64,000 bases of DNA from Alphaproteobacteria bacterium. GTDB lineage: Bacteria > Pseudomonadota > Alphaproteobacteria > UBA2966. Positions 18,182 to 27,740 of this stretch are shown here, one piece after another (position 1 is the stretch's first letter; each line of letters opens with the position of its first letter). The notes beneath the pieces are model-generated. The model was given only the letters and a program-made list of their open reading frames with translations. It had not been told where the DNA came from and ran no database searches. The translations under genes were made by a program, and so were the position numbers. Location of the stretch: assembly GCA_964291395.2 (NCBI GenBank), contig OZ219856.1:1152001-1216000 (forward strand). The letters are read 5' to 3'.

Positions 18182-19333
18182 ATGAGGAGCAGTCAGGCCG
18201 AGAGCATGGAGGCGACGATTCCTCCACTGTTCGAGCCTTACGAGATCCGGGGGCTTGATTTGATCAACCGGGTCGTCGTCGCGCCGATGGGCCAGTACGC
18301 TTGCGACGACGGCATGCCCAACGATTGGCAACTCGTGCACCTGGGAAGCCGCGCCATCGGCGGCGCCGGGCTCGTCATCGCCGAAATGTGCAACGTGGCG
18401 CCGGAAGGCCGGGTCACCCCGCGTTGCTCGGGACTCTACAAGGACGAGCACGTCGCGCCGTGGAAGCGCGTGGTTGACTTCGTGCACGAGCATTCGGACG
18501 CCAAGATCGGCATTCAGCTCGGTCACGCAGGGCGCAAGGGTGCGACCAAGGTGATGTGGGAGGGCCAGAACCAGTCGGTGGAAGAAGGTGGCTGGCCGCT
18601 GCTGTCCGCGTCGGCCATCGCCTACTCGAACGAGAGCACCGTGCCCCAGGCTCTGGACCGGGAACTGATGGACATGGTGCTCGGGCAATATCGGCGGGCG
18701 GCCCAACGAGCGCTCGAGGCCGGTTTCGACATGCTGGAGCTGCACGGCGCGCACGGCTACCTTCCCTCGAGCTTCATCTCGCCTATCTCCAACCGGCGGG
18801 AGGACGAGTATGGCGGCAGTCTCGAGAACCGCATGCGCTTTCCCCTCAAGATGGTGGATGCCGTCCGCAGGGTCATGCCCGACGACATGCCCTTCGGCAT
18901 CAAGATCTCGGCGAGCGATCTGACCGACGGCGGCAACGAGATCGATGACGGCATCGAGATCGCCCGCATGCTCAAGGAACACGGTGGCGTCGACTACATC
19001 TGCCCCTCGGGTGGGGGCATCGTGCCGTGGGGCGGGCAGCCGCGCCCCCGGCCGAAGGGGTTCGCCGAATATGCTCACCGGATTCGCCGCGAGGTCGGCA
19101 TCCCCACCATGGCCGTCGGCAACATCAACACGGTGGAAGAAGTGAACTCCGTGCTTGAGAATGGCGACGCCGATCTCGTGGCGTTGGCTCGCGGGCACCT
19201 GCGCGATCCTTACTGGACACTGCACGCGGGATTGGAGCTCGAATACGATGGGCAGCCTTGGCCCGACCGCTACTTCACTGTGCCGCGCCTGGCCAAGCTG
19301 AAACGCGGGAATCCCGACGCCGACGGCCAATAG
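18182..19333 (+). CDS. NADH:flavin oxidoreductase (Old Yellow Enzyme family)
   Basis: NRVVVAPMGQY, QLGHAGRK, ELHGAHGYL, EYGGSLENRMRF. Confidence 0.9.
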   Translation: MRSSQAESMEATIPPLFEPYEIRGLDLINRVVVAPMGQYACDDGMPNDWQLVHLGSRAIGGAGLVIAEMCNVAPEGRVTPRCSGLYKDEHVAPWKRVVDFVHEHSDAKIGIQLGHAGRKGATKVMWEGQNQSVEEGGWPLLSASAIAYSNESTVPQALDRELMDMVLGQYRRAAQRALEAGFDMLELHGAHGYLPSSFISPISNRREDEYGGSLENRMRFPLKMVDAVRRVMPDDMPFGIKISASDLTDGGNEIDDGIEIARMLKEHGGVDYICPSGGGIVPWGGQPRPRPKGFAEYAHRIRREVGIPTMAVGNINTVEEVNSVLENGDADLVALARGHLRDPYWTLHAGLELEYDGQPWPDRYFTVPRLAKLKRGNPDADGQ

Positions 19334-19359
19334 GCTTGACGCCGCGATGGACGAGCTCC

Positions 19360-19800
19360 ATGGCTAGGGTCCCGGCGGTCGATCCCTGCGTCGCCAGCGT
19401 CCTGAAGACCTATCCCTGCGCCGTGCGTTCCAGGATCCTCGAGTTGCGAGAACTCATCTACGAGACGGCGGCGTCGACCGAGGGAGTCGGTCCACTGACC
19501 GAGACGCTGAAATGGGGCGAACCCGCGTATCTGACGGAAAAGAGCGGGAGCGGGACGACGATACGAATCGCCTGGAAGGCCAAAACGCCCGAACGGTACG
19601 GCATGTACTTCCACTGCCAGACCAGGCTCGTGGATACCTTCCGCGGCCTGTTTCCCGATGCCTTCACCTTCGAGGGCAACCGCGCCATCGTTTTCGACCG
19701 ATCCGATCCGGTGCCGACAGGGCCGCTCTCCCACTGTGTCGCGATGGCGTTGACCTACCATCGCAGGAAGGCCTCCCCGGGACGGGAAACGAGCGCGTAG
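19360..19800 (+). CDS. DUF1801 family protein
   Basis: LRELI, ETLKWGEPAY, FHCQT, FEGNRA, ALTYH. Confidence 0.8.
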   Translation: MARVPAVDPCVASVLKTYPCAVRSRILELRELIYETAASTEGVGPLTETLKWGEPAYLTEKSGSGTTIRIAWKAKTPERYGMYFHCQTRLVDTFRGLFPDAFTFEGNRAIVFDRSDPVPTGPLSHCVAMALTYHRRKASPGRETSA

Positions 19801-19803
19801 GTC

Positions 19804-20310
19804 ATGGACTTGACCTATCGCTCCCCCAAGACCGAGGTCCGGGAAAGTCCCATTCACGGCAAGGGCCTGTTCACCCGCGAGCCCGTCTCCGCCGGCGAGA
19901 TCGTCGCCGTGAAGGGCGGCCATATCGTGGACAGGGAAACCTGGCAGGAGATCGAGACGGAACTTGGATCTGCCGAGATCCAGGTTACCGAGGACTTGTT
20001 TATCGCGCCCGTTCGCCAGGACCACCGAGACGGCAGCATGCTCTTCATCAATCATTCCTGCGATCCCAACATCGGGCCACAGGGGCAGATCGTCTTCGCC
20101 GCCATGCGCGACATCGAGGCCGGTGAGGAGCTTACCCACGACTGGGCGACGACCGACGATCTCGACTACGAGATCGCCTGCAATTGCGGCGCGGTGCGTT
20201 GCCGCGGAAGGGTCACGGGCAAGGACTGGATGAAGCCCGAGCTGCAGGAGAAGTACGCGGGCTGGTTCTGCTGGTTCCTCCAGCGCAAGATCGACGAAGA
20301 ACAGAATTGA
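19804..20310 (+). CDS. SET-domain protein (putative lysine methyltransferase)
   Basis: SPIHGKGLF, INHSCDPN, RDIEAGEELTHDW, post-SET CNCGAVRC. Confidence 0.9.
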   Translation: MDLTYRSPKTEVRESPIHGKGLFTREPVSAGEIVAVKGGHIVDRETWQEIETELGSAEIQVTEDLFIAPVRQDHRDGSMLFINHSCDPNIGPQGQIVFAAMRDIEAGEELTHDWATTDDLDYEIACNCGAVRCRGRVTGKDWMKPELQEKYAGWFCWFLQRKIDEEQN

Positions 20311-20334
20311 GCCGGACCTCGGGTCCGACCCCGG

Positions 20335-21063
20335 TTACATCAGCGCGCCGGAATTGAGACTGGAGCCGCCGCAGACGAACAGCGTCTGGCCGGTGATGAA
20401 CTCGGACTCCGCTTGCATGAAGAAGGCGACCGCGTGGGCGACATCCTCGGGCTTGCCGAATCGTCCCACCGCGAGGCTCGAGACGCGGGCGTCGCGCTTC
20501 TCGCTCCCCGGCGGATGATTCCTGGTGAACATGGGCGTCTCGATGGGGCCCGGCGCCACGGCGTTGACGGTGATCCCGTAGGTCCCGAGCTCCAGCGTCC
20601 AGGCCCGCGTAAAGCCGATCACGCCTGCCTTGGCCGCCGTGTAGACGGAGCGGTCCTTGAGAATGCCTTGCACCAACTCCGAAGAGATATTGACGATACG
20701 GCCGAACCCTTGCGCCTTCATCGACGGCAGCACGGCCTGGGCGCACTGGAACGGCGCCGTCATGTTGAGTTGAACGAAGTCGGCATAGTCCCGGTCCGTA
20801 ATCTCCCCGAGCGGTATGGGTCGAACCTGACCCACGTTGTTGACGAGGCCGTTGAACTGGTATCGGTCCGTGACGTCCTTCAGGAATTCGCTGGCGGCAC
20901 CGTGATCCCCGAGATCGGCGGCGAGGAAGTCGCCGGGGAAGGTGTCCTCCGGCTCGGACCGGGCCACGCCGACCACGCGGTGGCCGTCCCGCGCGAGGCG
21001 TTCGGCACACGCACGGCCGATCCCTTTGCTGGCACCCGTGACAAGGGTCACACGTTCGTTCAT
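20335..21063 (-). CDS. Short-chain dehydrogenase/reductase
   Basis: TGASKGIG, YTAAK, NAVAPGPIET. Confidence 0.9.
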   Translation of the reverse strand: MNERVTLVTGASKGIGRACAERLARDGHRVVGVARSEPEDTFPGDFLAADLGDHGAASEFLKDVTDRYQFNGLVNNVGQVRPIPLGEITDRDYADFVQLNMTAPFQCAQAVLPSMKAQGFGRIVNISSELVQGILKDRSVYTAAKAGVIGFTRAWTLELGTYGITVNAVAPGPIETPMFTRNHPPGSEKRDARVSSLAVGRFGKPEDVAHAVAFFMQAESEFITGQTLFVCGGSSLNSGALM

Positions 21064-21171
21064 TCCGTAACGTCCCCCCATGTCTTACACTGCGGACGAA
21101 GTCCCGGCGGGCAAGCCTACGGGGTTGCGCGCCGAGGGAGCAATCGCCAAAGGCACGGCCACGAATCGCCG

Positions 21172-21483
21172 ATGCACGCACCATTGCCAGAGGCCTACAA
21201 ACGTCCACCCTATCGCCGTTCGTGGACCGAAGCGTGGTTGCGTCTCGGCGTTACTGGGACCCTGATTACGGCCCTCGCTGTATCCATCCACTTCACGTTG
21301 GTGGCGAGCGATATGGTACCCAACGAGGACCCGGATTATTGGCGCCTACGCTTCCTCTGGTGGAGCGTCGTCGTGATGGTCATCGTGGGGCTGCGCGGTC
21401 TGGCCTGGGTCTTCGACGCCCTGGTCCCCAGCCGCACGCCGTACGGGCGCACCGCAAGCTATCGGACCGTCCACGATATCTAG
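21172..21483 (+). CDS. Small hypothetical membrane protein (2 TM)
   Basis: ATG 21172; two hydrophobic segments; fills the gap between the SDR genes. Confidence 0.45.
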   Translation: MHAPLPEAYKRPPYRRSWTEAWLRLGVTGTLITALAVSIHFTLVASDMVPNEDPDYWRLRFLWWSVVVMVIVGLRGLAWVFDALVPSRTPYGRTASYRTVHDI

Positions 21484-21618
21484 CCCGCACGAGCGTCGCG
21501 CCCAGGCGTTCGATACGCGGCGGGCGGGCGCCTGGGCGCGACCCGAAGGGCGGCGCTCTCCGGCCTACAGAGTGCGTCAAACCGCTCGCCCGATGACCGT
21601 CCACGATATGCGGGCTAG
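21465..21618. repeat. MITE/REP-like structured element
   Basis: 15-bp direct repeat GACCGTCCACGATAT (21465-21479, 21595-21609); 10-bp inverted repeats CTAGCCCGCA / TGCGGGCTAG (21480-21489, 21609-21618); internal 14-bp perfect stem (21495-21508 / 21529-21542). Confidence 0.55.
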
Positions 21619-21626
21619 GCTCGGCT

Positions 21627-22358
21627 CTAAAGAGGTCCCGTCCCGCCGAGACCCGAACCGCCGTCGACGAACAGGGTCTGGCCGGTCACCCAACTCGTTT
21701 CCTCCGACATGAAGAAGGCGACTGCATTTGCGATGTCTTCGGGCTCTCCGATGCGGCCTACCGCGATCTTGGCGAGTTTGGCGTTTCGCAGTTCGCTGCC
21801 GACTGGGTTGCGCCGGGTGAACATCTCCGTCTCCACGGGTCCGGGCGCGACGTTGTTCACGGTGATCCCGTAAGGACCCAGTTCATAGGACCAGGTGCGG
21901 GCCACGGCATGGAGGCCCGCCTTCGCCGCCGTATATCCCGTGCGGTTGAAATGTCCGAGGACGAGCTCGCTCGAAATGTTGACGATGCGGCCGAATCCCT
22001 CCTGCTTCATTTGGGGGACGCAGGCTTGCACGGTCTGTACCGTGCTCGTCAGGTTGATCTGGATCTCGGTGTCAAAGTCGTCGAGGTCATAGTCCTCGAC
22101 CGGTTGGTGACTGGCGAAGCCGACGTTGTTAACGATGCCGTTGATGGTGTGCCGGCACGTGAGTCCGGCCAACGCGTGTGATAGAGCCCTGCGATCGGTC
22201 AGATCGACCTCCAGGAGCTCGCCGGGAAAGCTCTCGTCTGTCCTGTTGCGAGCAATGCCGATGATGTTATGGCCTTGGCGGGACAGGAGCTCCGTGCAGG
22301 CGCGGCCGATGCCGCGCGTGGCGCCGGTGATCAGCGTGGTACGGTCATGGGCAGCCAT
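21627..22358 (-). CDS. Short-chain dehydrogenase/reductase (paralog of 20335-21063)
   Basis: TGATRGIG, NISSELV, YTAAK, VAPGPVET. Confidence 0.9.
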   Translation of the reverse strand: MAAHDRTTLITGATRGIGRACTELLSRQGHNIIGIARNRTDESFPGELLEVDLTDRRALSHALAGLTCRHTINGIVNNVGFASHQPVEDYDLDDFDTEIQINLTSTVQTVQACVPQMKQEGFGRIVNISSELVLGHFNRTGYTAAKAGLHAVARTWSYELGPYGITVNNVAPGPVETEMFTRRNPVGSELRNAKLAKIAVGRIGEPEDIANAVAFFMSEETSWVTGQTLFVDGGSGLGGTGPL

Positions 22359-22591
22359 GCTTCATGCCTTAGTTCGCCGCATCCGGCGGTCCGGACAGGC
22401 CGCGTCGGGTGTTTTCTGACATGAAACTTTTTTTCCTCTCAGGAATATTGACATGTCGGATGCCTGGAGCGAAGGTTGCATAATTTCACGGAAAGAGGTG
22501 GCGTGACCAGCAGAGGCCATCCTCCGGTACGCTGGTCGTGTGGACCGGTTGGGCTCTGTACACCGGAAAGAGAGCGCGGAGAGGAAAAGGA

Positions 22592-23947
22592 ATGAGCATC
22601 GACGTCGAGGTGCCGAGCGGTAATTTCAGAGGATACGACCTCAACACCCGGTCGTTTCAGGAGCCGGACGACGAACTGACGAAGATCGGTCCCGGCACCC
22701 CCTGCGGGGAGTATCTGCGGCGCTACTGGCACCCCATCGCCATGACCGAACAGATCGACGAGTTCCCGCTCCGAATCAGGCGGTTCGGGGAGGATCTGGT
22801 CCTCTTTCGCGACAAGTCTGGCCAGTACGGCTGCCTTCATCTCCATTGCAGTCACCGCAACACGTCGCTGGAATTCGGCATCATCGAGCGGAAGGGGATC
22901 CGCTGCTGCTATCACGGCTGGCTCTACGACGTCGACGGCACCATCCTGGAGACGCCTGGCGAACCCGTGGACAGCAAGATCAAGGACCGCGTCGCTCACG
23001 GCGCATATCCGACGATCGAATACCGGGGTTTGGTGTTCACCTACTTTGGTCCTCCGGACGAGATGCCGACGTTCCCGTTCCTTGATCACATGGATCTCGG
23101 CCCCGGGGACGAGATGGTGCCGTTCCTCATTCCCAATCCGTGCAATTGGCTTCAGACCTACGAGAATTCGTTCGATCCTCACCATACCGTTCATCTGCAT
23201 ACGCGCGTGTCGGGCACCCAGTTCACGGACGAGTTCGCCGTACATCCGGAGTTCGAGATCTTCGAACGCCCCTACGGCTATTTCTACACCAACGCCCGCC
23301 GGGTCGAGGACAAGGTATGGATTCGGTTCCATGACCACCTGCCGCCCAACTTCTCGCAGAACGGCAGCATGTTCCCGGACGCCAAGAGGAACGCCTATTT
23401 CCTCAAGGCGGGCCTGACCCGGTGGGTGGTGCCGGTCGATGACGAGAACAACATCACCATCGCATGGCGACACTTCATCGACGGCTACGATCCCTTCGGC
23501 CTCGGCGACAAGTCGAAGTGTGGATACAACTCCGTCGATTTCTATGGCCAGACCGACGAGCTGCCCTACGAGGAACGACAGCGCAAGCCCGGCGACTACG
23601 AGGCCTGGGTGGGGCAGGGCGCCGTCAGTATCCACAAGGCGGAGAACCTCGGCGAGACCGACAAAGGCGTCGCCATGGCGCGGCGCCATCACCGGGAACA
23701 GATCCGGGCCCTGCAGAAGGGTGAACGACTGCCGCAGCCGACCGATCTCGGCCTGCCGGTGCCTCTCTACGGCGGCGACTCGGTGTTGACCATCCCCAGG
23801 AGCGACGAGGACGACCGCAAGACGGTCCGCGAAGTCTGCCATGGCGTGGCTGCGATCTACATGGAAGGCGACAAATACTCGGGCGACGATCGCGAGGAGT
23901 TCATCGTCAGGAGTTTGAAGAATCTCGAAGAGACTTGGCGGGACTAG
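22592..23947 (+). CDS. Rieske non-heme iron oxygenase alpha subunit (phthalate 4,5-dioxygenase/LigX-like)
   Basis: GPGTPCGEYLRRYW, CSH..CCYHGW Rieske motif, ENSFDPHH..HLH iron site. Confidence 0.9.
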   Translation: MSIDVEVPSGNFRGYDLNTRSFQEPDDELTKIGPGTPCGEYLRRYWHPIAMTEQIDEFPLRIRRFGEDLVLFRDKSGQYGCLHLHCSHRNTSLEFGIIERKGIRCCYHGWLYDVDGTILETPGEPVDSKIKDRVAHGAYPTIEYRGLVFTYFGPPDEMPTFPFLDHMDLGPGDEMVPFLIPNPCNWLQTYENSFDPHHTVHLHTRVSGTQFTDEFAVHPEFEIFERPYGYFYTNARRVEDKVWIRFHDHLPPNFSQNGSMFPDAKRNAYFLKAGLTRWVVPVDDENNITIAWRHFIDGYDPFGLGDKSKCGYNSVDFYGQTDELPYEERQRKPGDYEAWVGQGAVSIHKAENLGETDKGVAMARRHHREQIRALQKGERLPQPTDLGLPVPLYGGDSVLTIPRSDEDDRKTVREVCHGVAAIYMEGDKYSGDDREEFIVRSLKNLEETWRD

Positions 23948-24014
23948 CCGAGACTAGCCGAGATGAGGCTCCCGCGCTGAGCGGACCATCCCGACCGGAC
24001 CGGGGCCCGCCGTT

Positions 24015-24767
24015 CTAGGCGGCGCGCTTTCGGGGACGCGGCGAGACCCGTTGTGGGCGGGTGTTCTTCTCCGGCTGAACGGTCAGCGGAAAGTCGTCGA
24101 TCGGACGCTGGGCGAATTTCGCTTCCGCCTTCTCGATGTCCATCTTGTGACCGACGACGTGGCGCTCGTTGCCGCCGATCGTGGGATCGATCGCGTTCCG
24201 CCCCTTGCGTTGCCGGGTATCCGGCTCGAACGTCTCCGGCTCGAGCCCGTGGACGTTGAAGTTGAGGAATACGGTCGGCTCGGTTTCCGCGGCGAACCAA
24301 TGGACGTTGCGGTGGAACTCGGAGGTCTGCATCGTGTCGCCGACTTCGTGCACGCCGTCGAATACCGGCATCAACAACACCGAGTCGTCGGTGATTCGCG
24401 CCAGCCGCTCGTATTCCCGTGCCCGCATGCGGCCGGCCATCACCAACTGCGTGGAAACGTGGTTGAAATGATAGTGCGGCGGATGGGCCGTGTTGGGCTC
24501 CAGGTAGATGAGCTGCAGGGTGAAATCCCGGGTCTTCTTGATCTCCCGCCAGAGGATACGGTCGCGCCGGTTGGCGAGACAGTCCTCGATATGGGGGCCG
24601 AGCCGGGTCCACAGGTCGGCCCCGCGGTATGTACTCAGCACCTCCCTTTGGAACTGCGGAACCGTAAGCTCGCGCCGGCCGAGGCGGGTGATCAGCCCGC
24701 GGATCGCCTTCACGGTGGGAGAACGCCATTCGGACACATCCGTTCTGAAACCGGCCATGCGGTTCAC
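24015..24767 (-). CDS. Hypothetical cupin-like protein
   Basis: HPPHYH..STQLVMAG and HRNVHWF His-rich cupin-like motifs. Confidence 0.55.
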   Translation of the reverse strand: MNRMAGFRTDVSEWRSPTVKAIRGLITRLGRRELTVPQFQREVLSTYRGADLWTRLGPHIEDCLANRRDRILWREIKKTRDFTLQLIYLEPNTAHPPHYHFNHVSTQLVMAGRMRAREYERLARITDDSVLLMPVFDGVHEVGDTMQTSEFHRNVHWFAAETEPTVFLNFNVHGLEPETFEPDTRQRKGRNAIDPTIGGNERHVVGHKMDIEKAEAKFAQRPIDDFPLTVQPEKNTRPQRVSPRPRKRAA

Positions 24768-25008
24768 TCCGATCGGTTCATTTCCGCAAGGATATCACGA
24801 GAGCCCCGATGTCCCGACTCCTTGGTTTTCCCTCAAGAAGACCCTGTTGACACATCCGGCAAGACGATCCCGACGGCACCTGTCATGGACCCGGTATCCC
24901 GGACGCCAGTGGTCACCGGGTGATCGGGCGGCTATATAGTGTCGCGGAGCGGTCGCGCACGCCGGGGCAGGGGCGCGGCGGTGCGGGAGACGAGCAGGAG
25001 GCGTTCCA

Positions 25009-26367
25009 ATGACGATTAGGGTTCACGAGCCGTCCGGCGACTATCGGGGATACGACAAGACCGGTGTCATCTCCCTTCCGCCGGAGGACCTGCTGCACCG
25101 CGTGGGGCCCGGCACTCCCTGCGGAGAATACCTGCGCCGCTTCTGGCATCCCGTTTTCCTCGGCTCGATGCTCAAGGATCTGCCCGTACGCATTCGCCGC
25201 CTGGGTGAGGACCTCGTCATCTTCCGGGACGGCTCGGGCCGCCTCGGTCTCGTGCACGCCAACTGCAGCCACCGCAACACGTCCCTCGAATACGGCATCA
25301 TCGAAGAAAAGGGCATTCGCTGCTGCTATCACGGTTGGCATTACGATGTGGACGGCACGATCCTCGAGACGCCGGGTGAGCCCGACGCCAGCAAGATCAA
25401 GGAACGAATCGCCCATGGCGCCTATCCCGTCGTGGAGGTGGAAGGCTTGATCTTCGCCTACATGGGACCCGTCGAGAAGATTCCGCCGTTCCCCCTGTTC
25501 GACACCATGAGCCTTCCCGGCGACGAGATGGTGCCGGCGATGATTCCCAATCCCTGCAATTGGCAGCAGATCGCCGAAAACTCCATCGATCCCTATCACG
25601 TGGTGTTCCTGCATTCCCGCGTGAGCGGGATCCAGTTCCAGAACGAATTCCAGTTGATGCCGGTGTTCGACTACTTCGAGCGTCCCAACGGCGTTTTCTA
25701 TACCAGCGCCCGCCGTGTCGACGACAAGGTCTGGATCCGCGTGCACGATCACCTGATCCCCAACTTCTCCCAAAACGGCGGGATGTTCACGCAAGGCGAT
25801 CAGGAAGAGCTCTATTTCGCCCGGGCGGGCCTGACCCGTTGGATCGTGCCCGTGGACGACGAGAATTCCCTCTACGTCGCCTACCGTCATTTCAACGAGG
25901 AAACGGACCCGCTCGGCCTCGGCGACAAGGACAAGGTCGGCTGGAACTCGATCGATTTCTATGGTCAGACCGGGGAGCGAACCTACGAAGAGGCACAAAA
26001 GGGCCCAAGCGACTACGAGGCCTGGGTGGGGCAGGGCGCCATCACCGTCCACGACCGTGAGAATCTTGCGTACACGGACCAGGGCGTCTCGATGTACCGG
26101 CAACGGCTGCGCAACGCCATCCAACGGCTGCAGGCGGGAGAGGAGCCCATGCAGCCGTCCGATCTCGGCCTGCCCATCCCGACCTACGCGGGGGATACCA
26201 TCCTTCGGATACCCAAAAGCAATGCGGACGATCGCGCGCTGCGGTCCGAGGTTTCCAGGAAGGTGGCCGAGATTTTCCGCAGCGGCGACGAGCTCGTGGG
26301 CGAGGAACGTCGCCAGCACATCAAGCGACGGCTCCGCGACCTGGACGATCGCCGTGGCGGGGGATAG
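25009..26367 (+). CDS. Rieske non-heme iron oxygenase alpha subunit (paralog)
   Basis: Same motifs: CSHRNTSLEYG, CCYHGW, ENSIDPYH..FLH. Confidence 0.9.
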   Translation: MTIRVHEPSGDYRGYDKTGVISLPPEDLLHRVGPGTPCGEYLRRFWHPVFLGSMLKDLPVRIRRLGEDLVIFRDGSGRLGLVHANCSHRNTSLEYGIIEEKGIRCCYHGWHYDVDGTILETPGEPDASKIKERIAHGAYPVVEVEGLIFAYMGPVEKIPPFPLFDTMSLPGDEMVPAMIPNPCNWQQIAENSIDPYHVVFLHSRVSGIQFQNEFQLMPVFDYFERPNGVFYTSARRVDDKVWIRVHDHLIPNFSQNGGMFTQGDQEELYFARAGLTRWIVPVDDENSLYVAYRHFNEETDPLGLGDKDKVGWNSIDFYGQTGERTYEEAQKGPSDYEAWVGQGAITVHDRENLAYTDQGVSMYRQRLRNAIQRLQAGEEPMQPSDLGLPIPTYAGDTILRIPKSNADDRALRSEVSRKVAEIFRSGDELVGEERRQHIKRRLRDLDDRRGGG

Positions 26368-26408
26368 GCGTCGGACCTGGGACCAGACGCGCAACGAAGG
26401 GGACTGAC

Positions 26409-26582
26409 ATGATCGACAGGTACAGCAAGATCGTCCTGACGGTGATTGCAGCGGCGCTGTGCGCGCTGGTGCTCCAAAACGCTACGACCCCCGCGGAGGC
26501 CGTGGGACGAGACTGTGGGGAGAGATTCGATCCCTGCTACGTCAAAGTACAGGGGAGTGTAAGTGTCAAGCCCCTGCACTAG
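26409..26582 (+). CDS. Small secreted protein, 57 aa (not in ORF track)
   Basis: RBS AAGGGGA; MIDRYSKIVLTVIAAALCALVLQNATTPAEA-VGRDCGERFDPCYVKVQGSVSVKPLH; signal peptide with AEA site and two Cys in the mature part. Confidence 0.65.
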   Translation: MIDRYSKIVLTVIAAALCALVLQNATTPAEAVGRDCGERFDPCYVKVQGSVSVKPLH

Positions 26583-26885
26583 GACATTCCGTTTCGTCTT
26601 GATGCGAGGAAGCGCCCGCTTGCGTTGCCGAACAGGAGGAATAGAATTGCGCCGCGTTCGGTTTCGGAGCCCGGTCGGCGATCAAATCGTGCTTGGCGCG
26701 AACAAACCCGCGCCAGTACAATTGGGAAACGATTCGGGTGGCCTTGCGCCGGACCATCCCGATCACGAGCGACACACGAAGGGAGGTTGGACCGGGATCT
26801 CCGCGGGGCGGCGGGCGGTCGACACGGACATCATCGTCTCTGACGACACGGAGCCGAGCATCCGCGGGAATACGGGCAAGGACGT

Positions 26886-27740
26886 ATGAAGGCTCGCTGG
26901 GACCTCATACTCGTACCGTCGTTCGTCCTGAGCTTCGTGCTCATGGCGGCGTCTCAGATCATTTTCCTGCGCGCGAGCTTCTACAAGGACCTGGGGCTGG
27001 GGCGCCAGGGCGAGGACATCGTCTTCACCAACTACGGCCGGTTCTTCACGGACGAGTTCTATCTCAACGTGCTCTGGTTGACGATCCAGGTGTCGTTCCT
27101 GGCCATGCTGTTTACCCTGGTGTTCGGCTTTCCGGTCGCCTACATGATCGCGCGGCTGCGCTCCCGCTGGGCGATGGTCCTCCTGGCGGGGATCGTGATC
27201 TCGACCTTCATCACGATCGTGATCAAGGTGTTCGGCATCTACATCATGTTCTCGGCCAGCGGCATCGTGAATCAGACGTTGATGGGGCTCGGCATTCTCG
27301 ACAAGCCGTGGACGGTGATCGGCAACGAAGCCGGCGTGGTGGTCGGCCTCATGCATTTCACGCTGGGGTTCGGCGTGCTCGTCCTGTACAGCGTCGTGCA
27401 GACCATACCGCGGTCCCTCGAGGAGGCCGCCCAGATCCACGGTTCCAATCGCTGGCGGGTGTGGGCCCGCGTGATCATTCCGTTGAGCCTGCCCGGGGTC
27501 ACGGTTTCCGCCCTGATGATCTTCAACATGTGCATGGGCGCCTTCACTTCGGCCGCCCTGCTCGGCGGCGGGCGCGTCTTCACGCTGCCCGTGCTGATCC
27601 AGCGCGTGGTGATCATGGAGGTGAAGTACTCCATGGGGGGAACGTTGGCGGCCGTCCTGTTGATCTCCGTGCTGCTGATCAATCTGCTTTCGATCTATCT
27701 GATGACGCGCATGCGCAGGCAAAGGCTGGTGATCACATGA
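26886..27740 (+). CDS. ABC transporter permease (PotB-like)
   Basis: TM helices, EAA loop SLEEAAQIHG, PLSLPG. Confidence 0.88.
   Translation: MKARWDLILVPSFVLSFVLMAASQIIFLRASFYKDLGLGRQGEDIVFTNYGRFFTDEFYLNVLWLTIQVSFLAMLFTLVFGFPVAYMIARLRSRWAMVLLAGIVISTFITIVIKVFGIYIMFSASGIVNQTLMGLGILDKPWTVIGNEAGVVVGLMHFTLGFGVLVLYSVVQTIPRSLEEAAQIHGSNRWRVWARVIIPLSLPGVTVSALMIFNMCMGAFTSAALLGGGRVFTLPVLIQRVVIMEVKYSMGGTLAAVLLISVLLINLLSIYLMTRMRRQRLVIT

Noticed and set aside
22417-22484. Sigma70 promoter TTGACA..CATAAT and TGACATG repeats upstream of the Rieske gene
   Set aside because: The -35/-10 spacing is far too long and the repeats are too short to call an operator.
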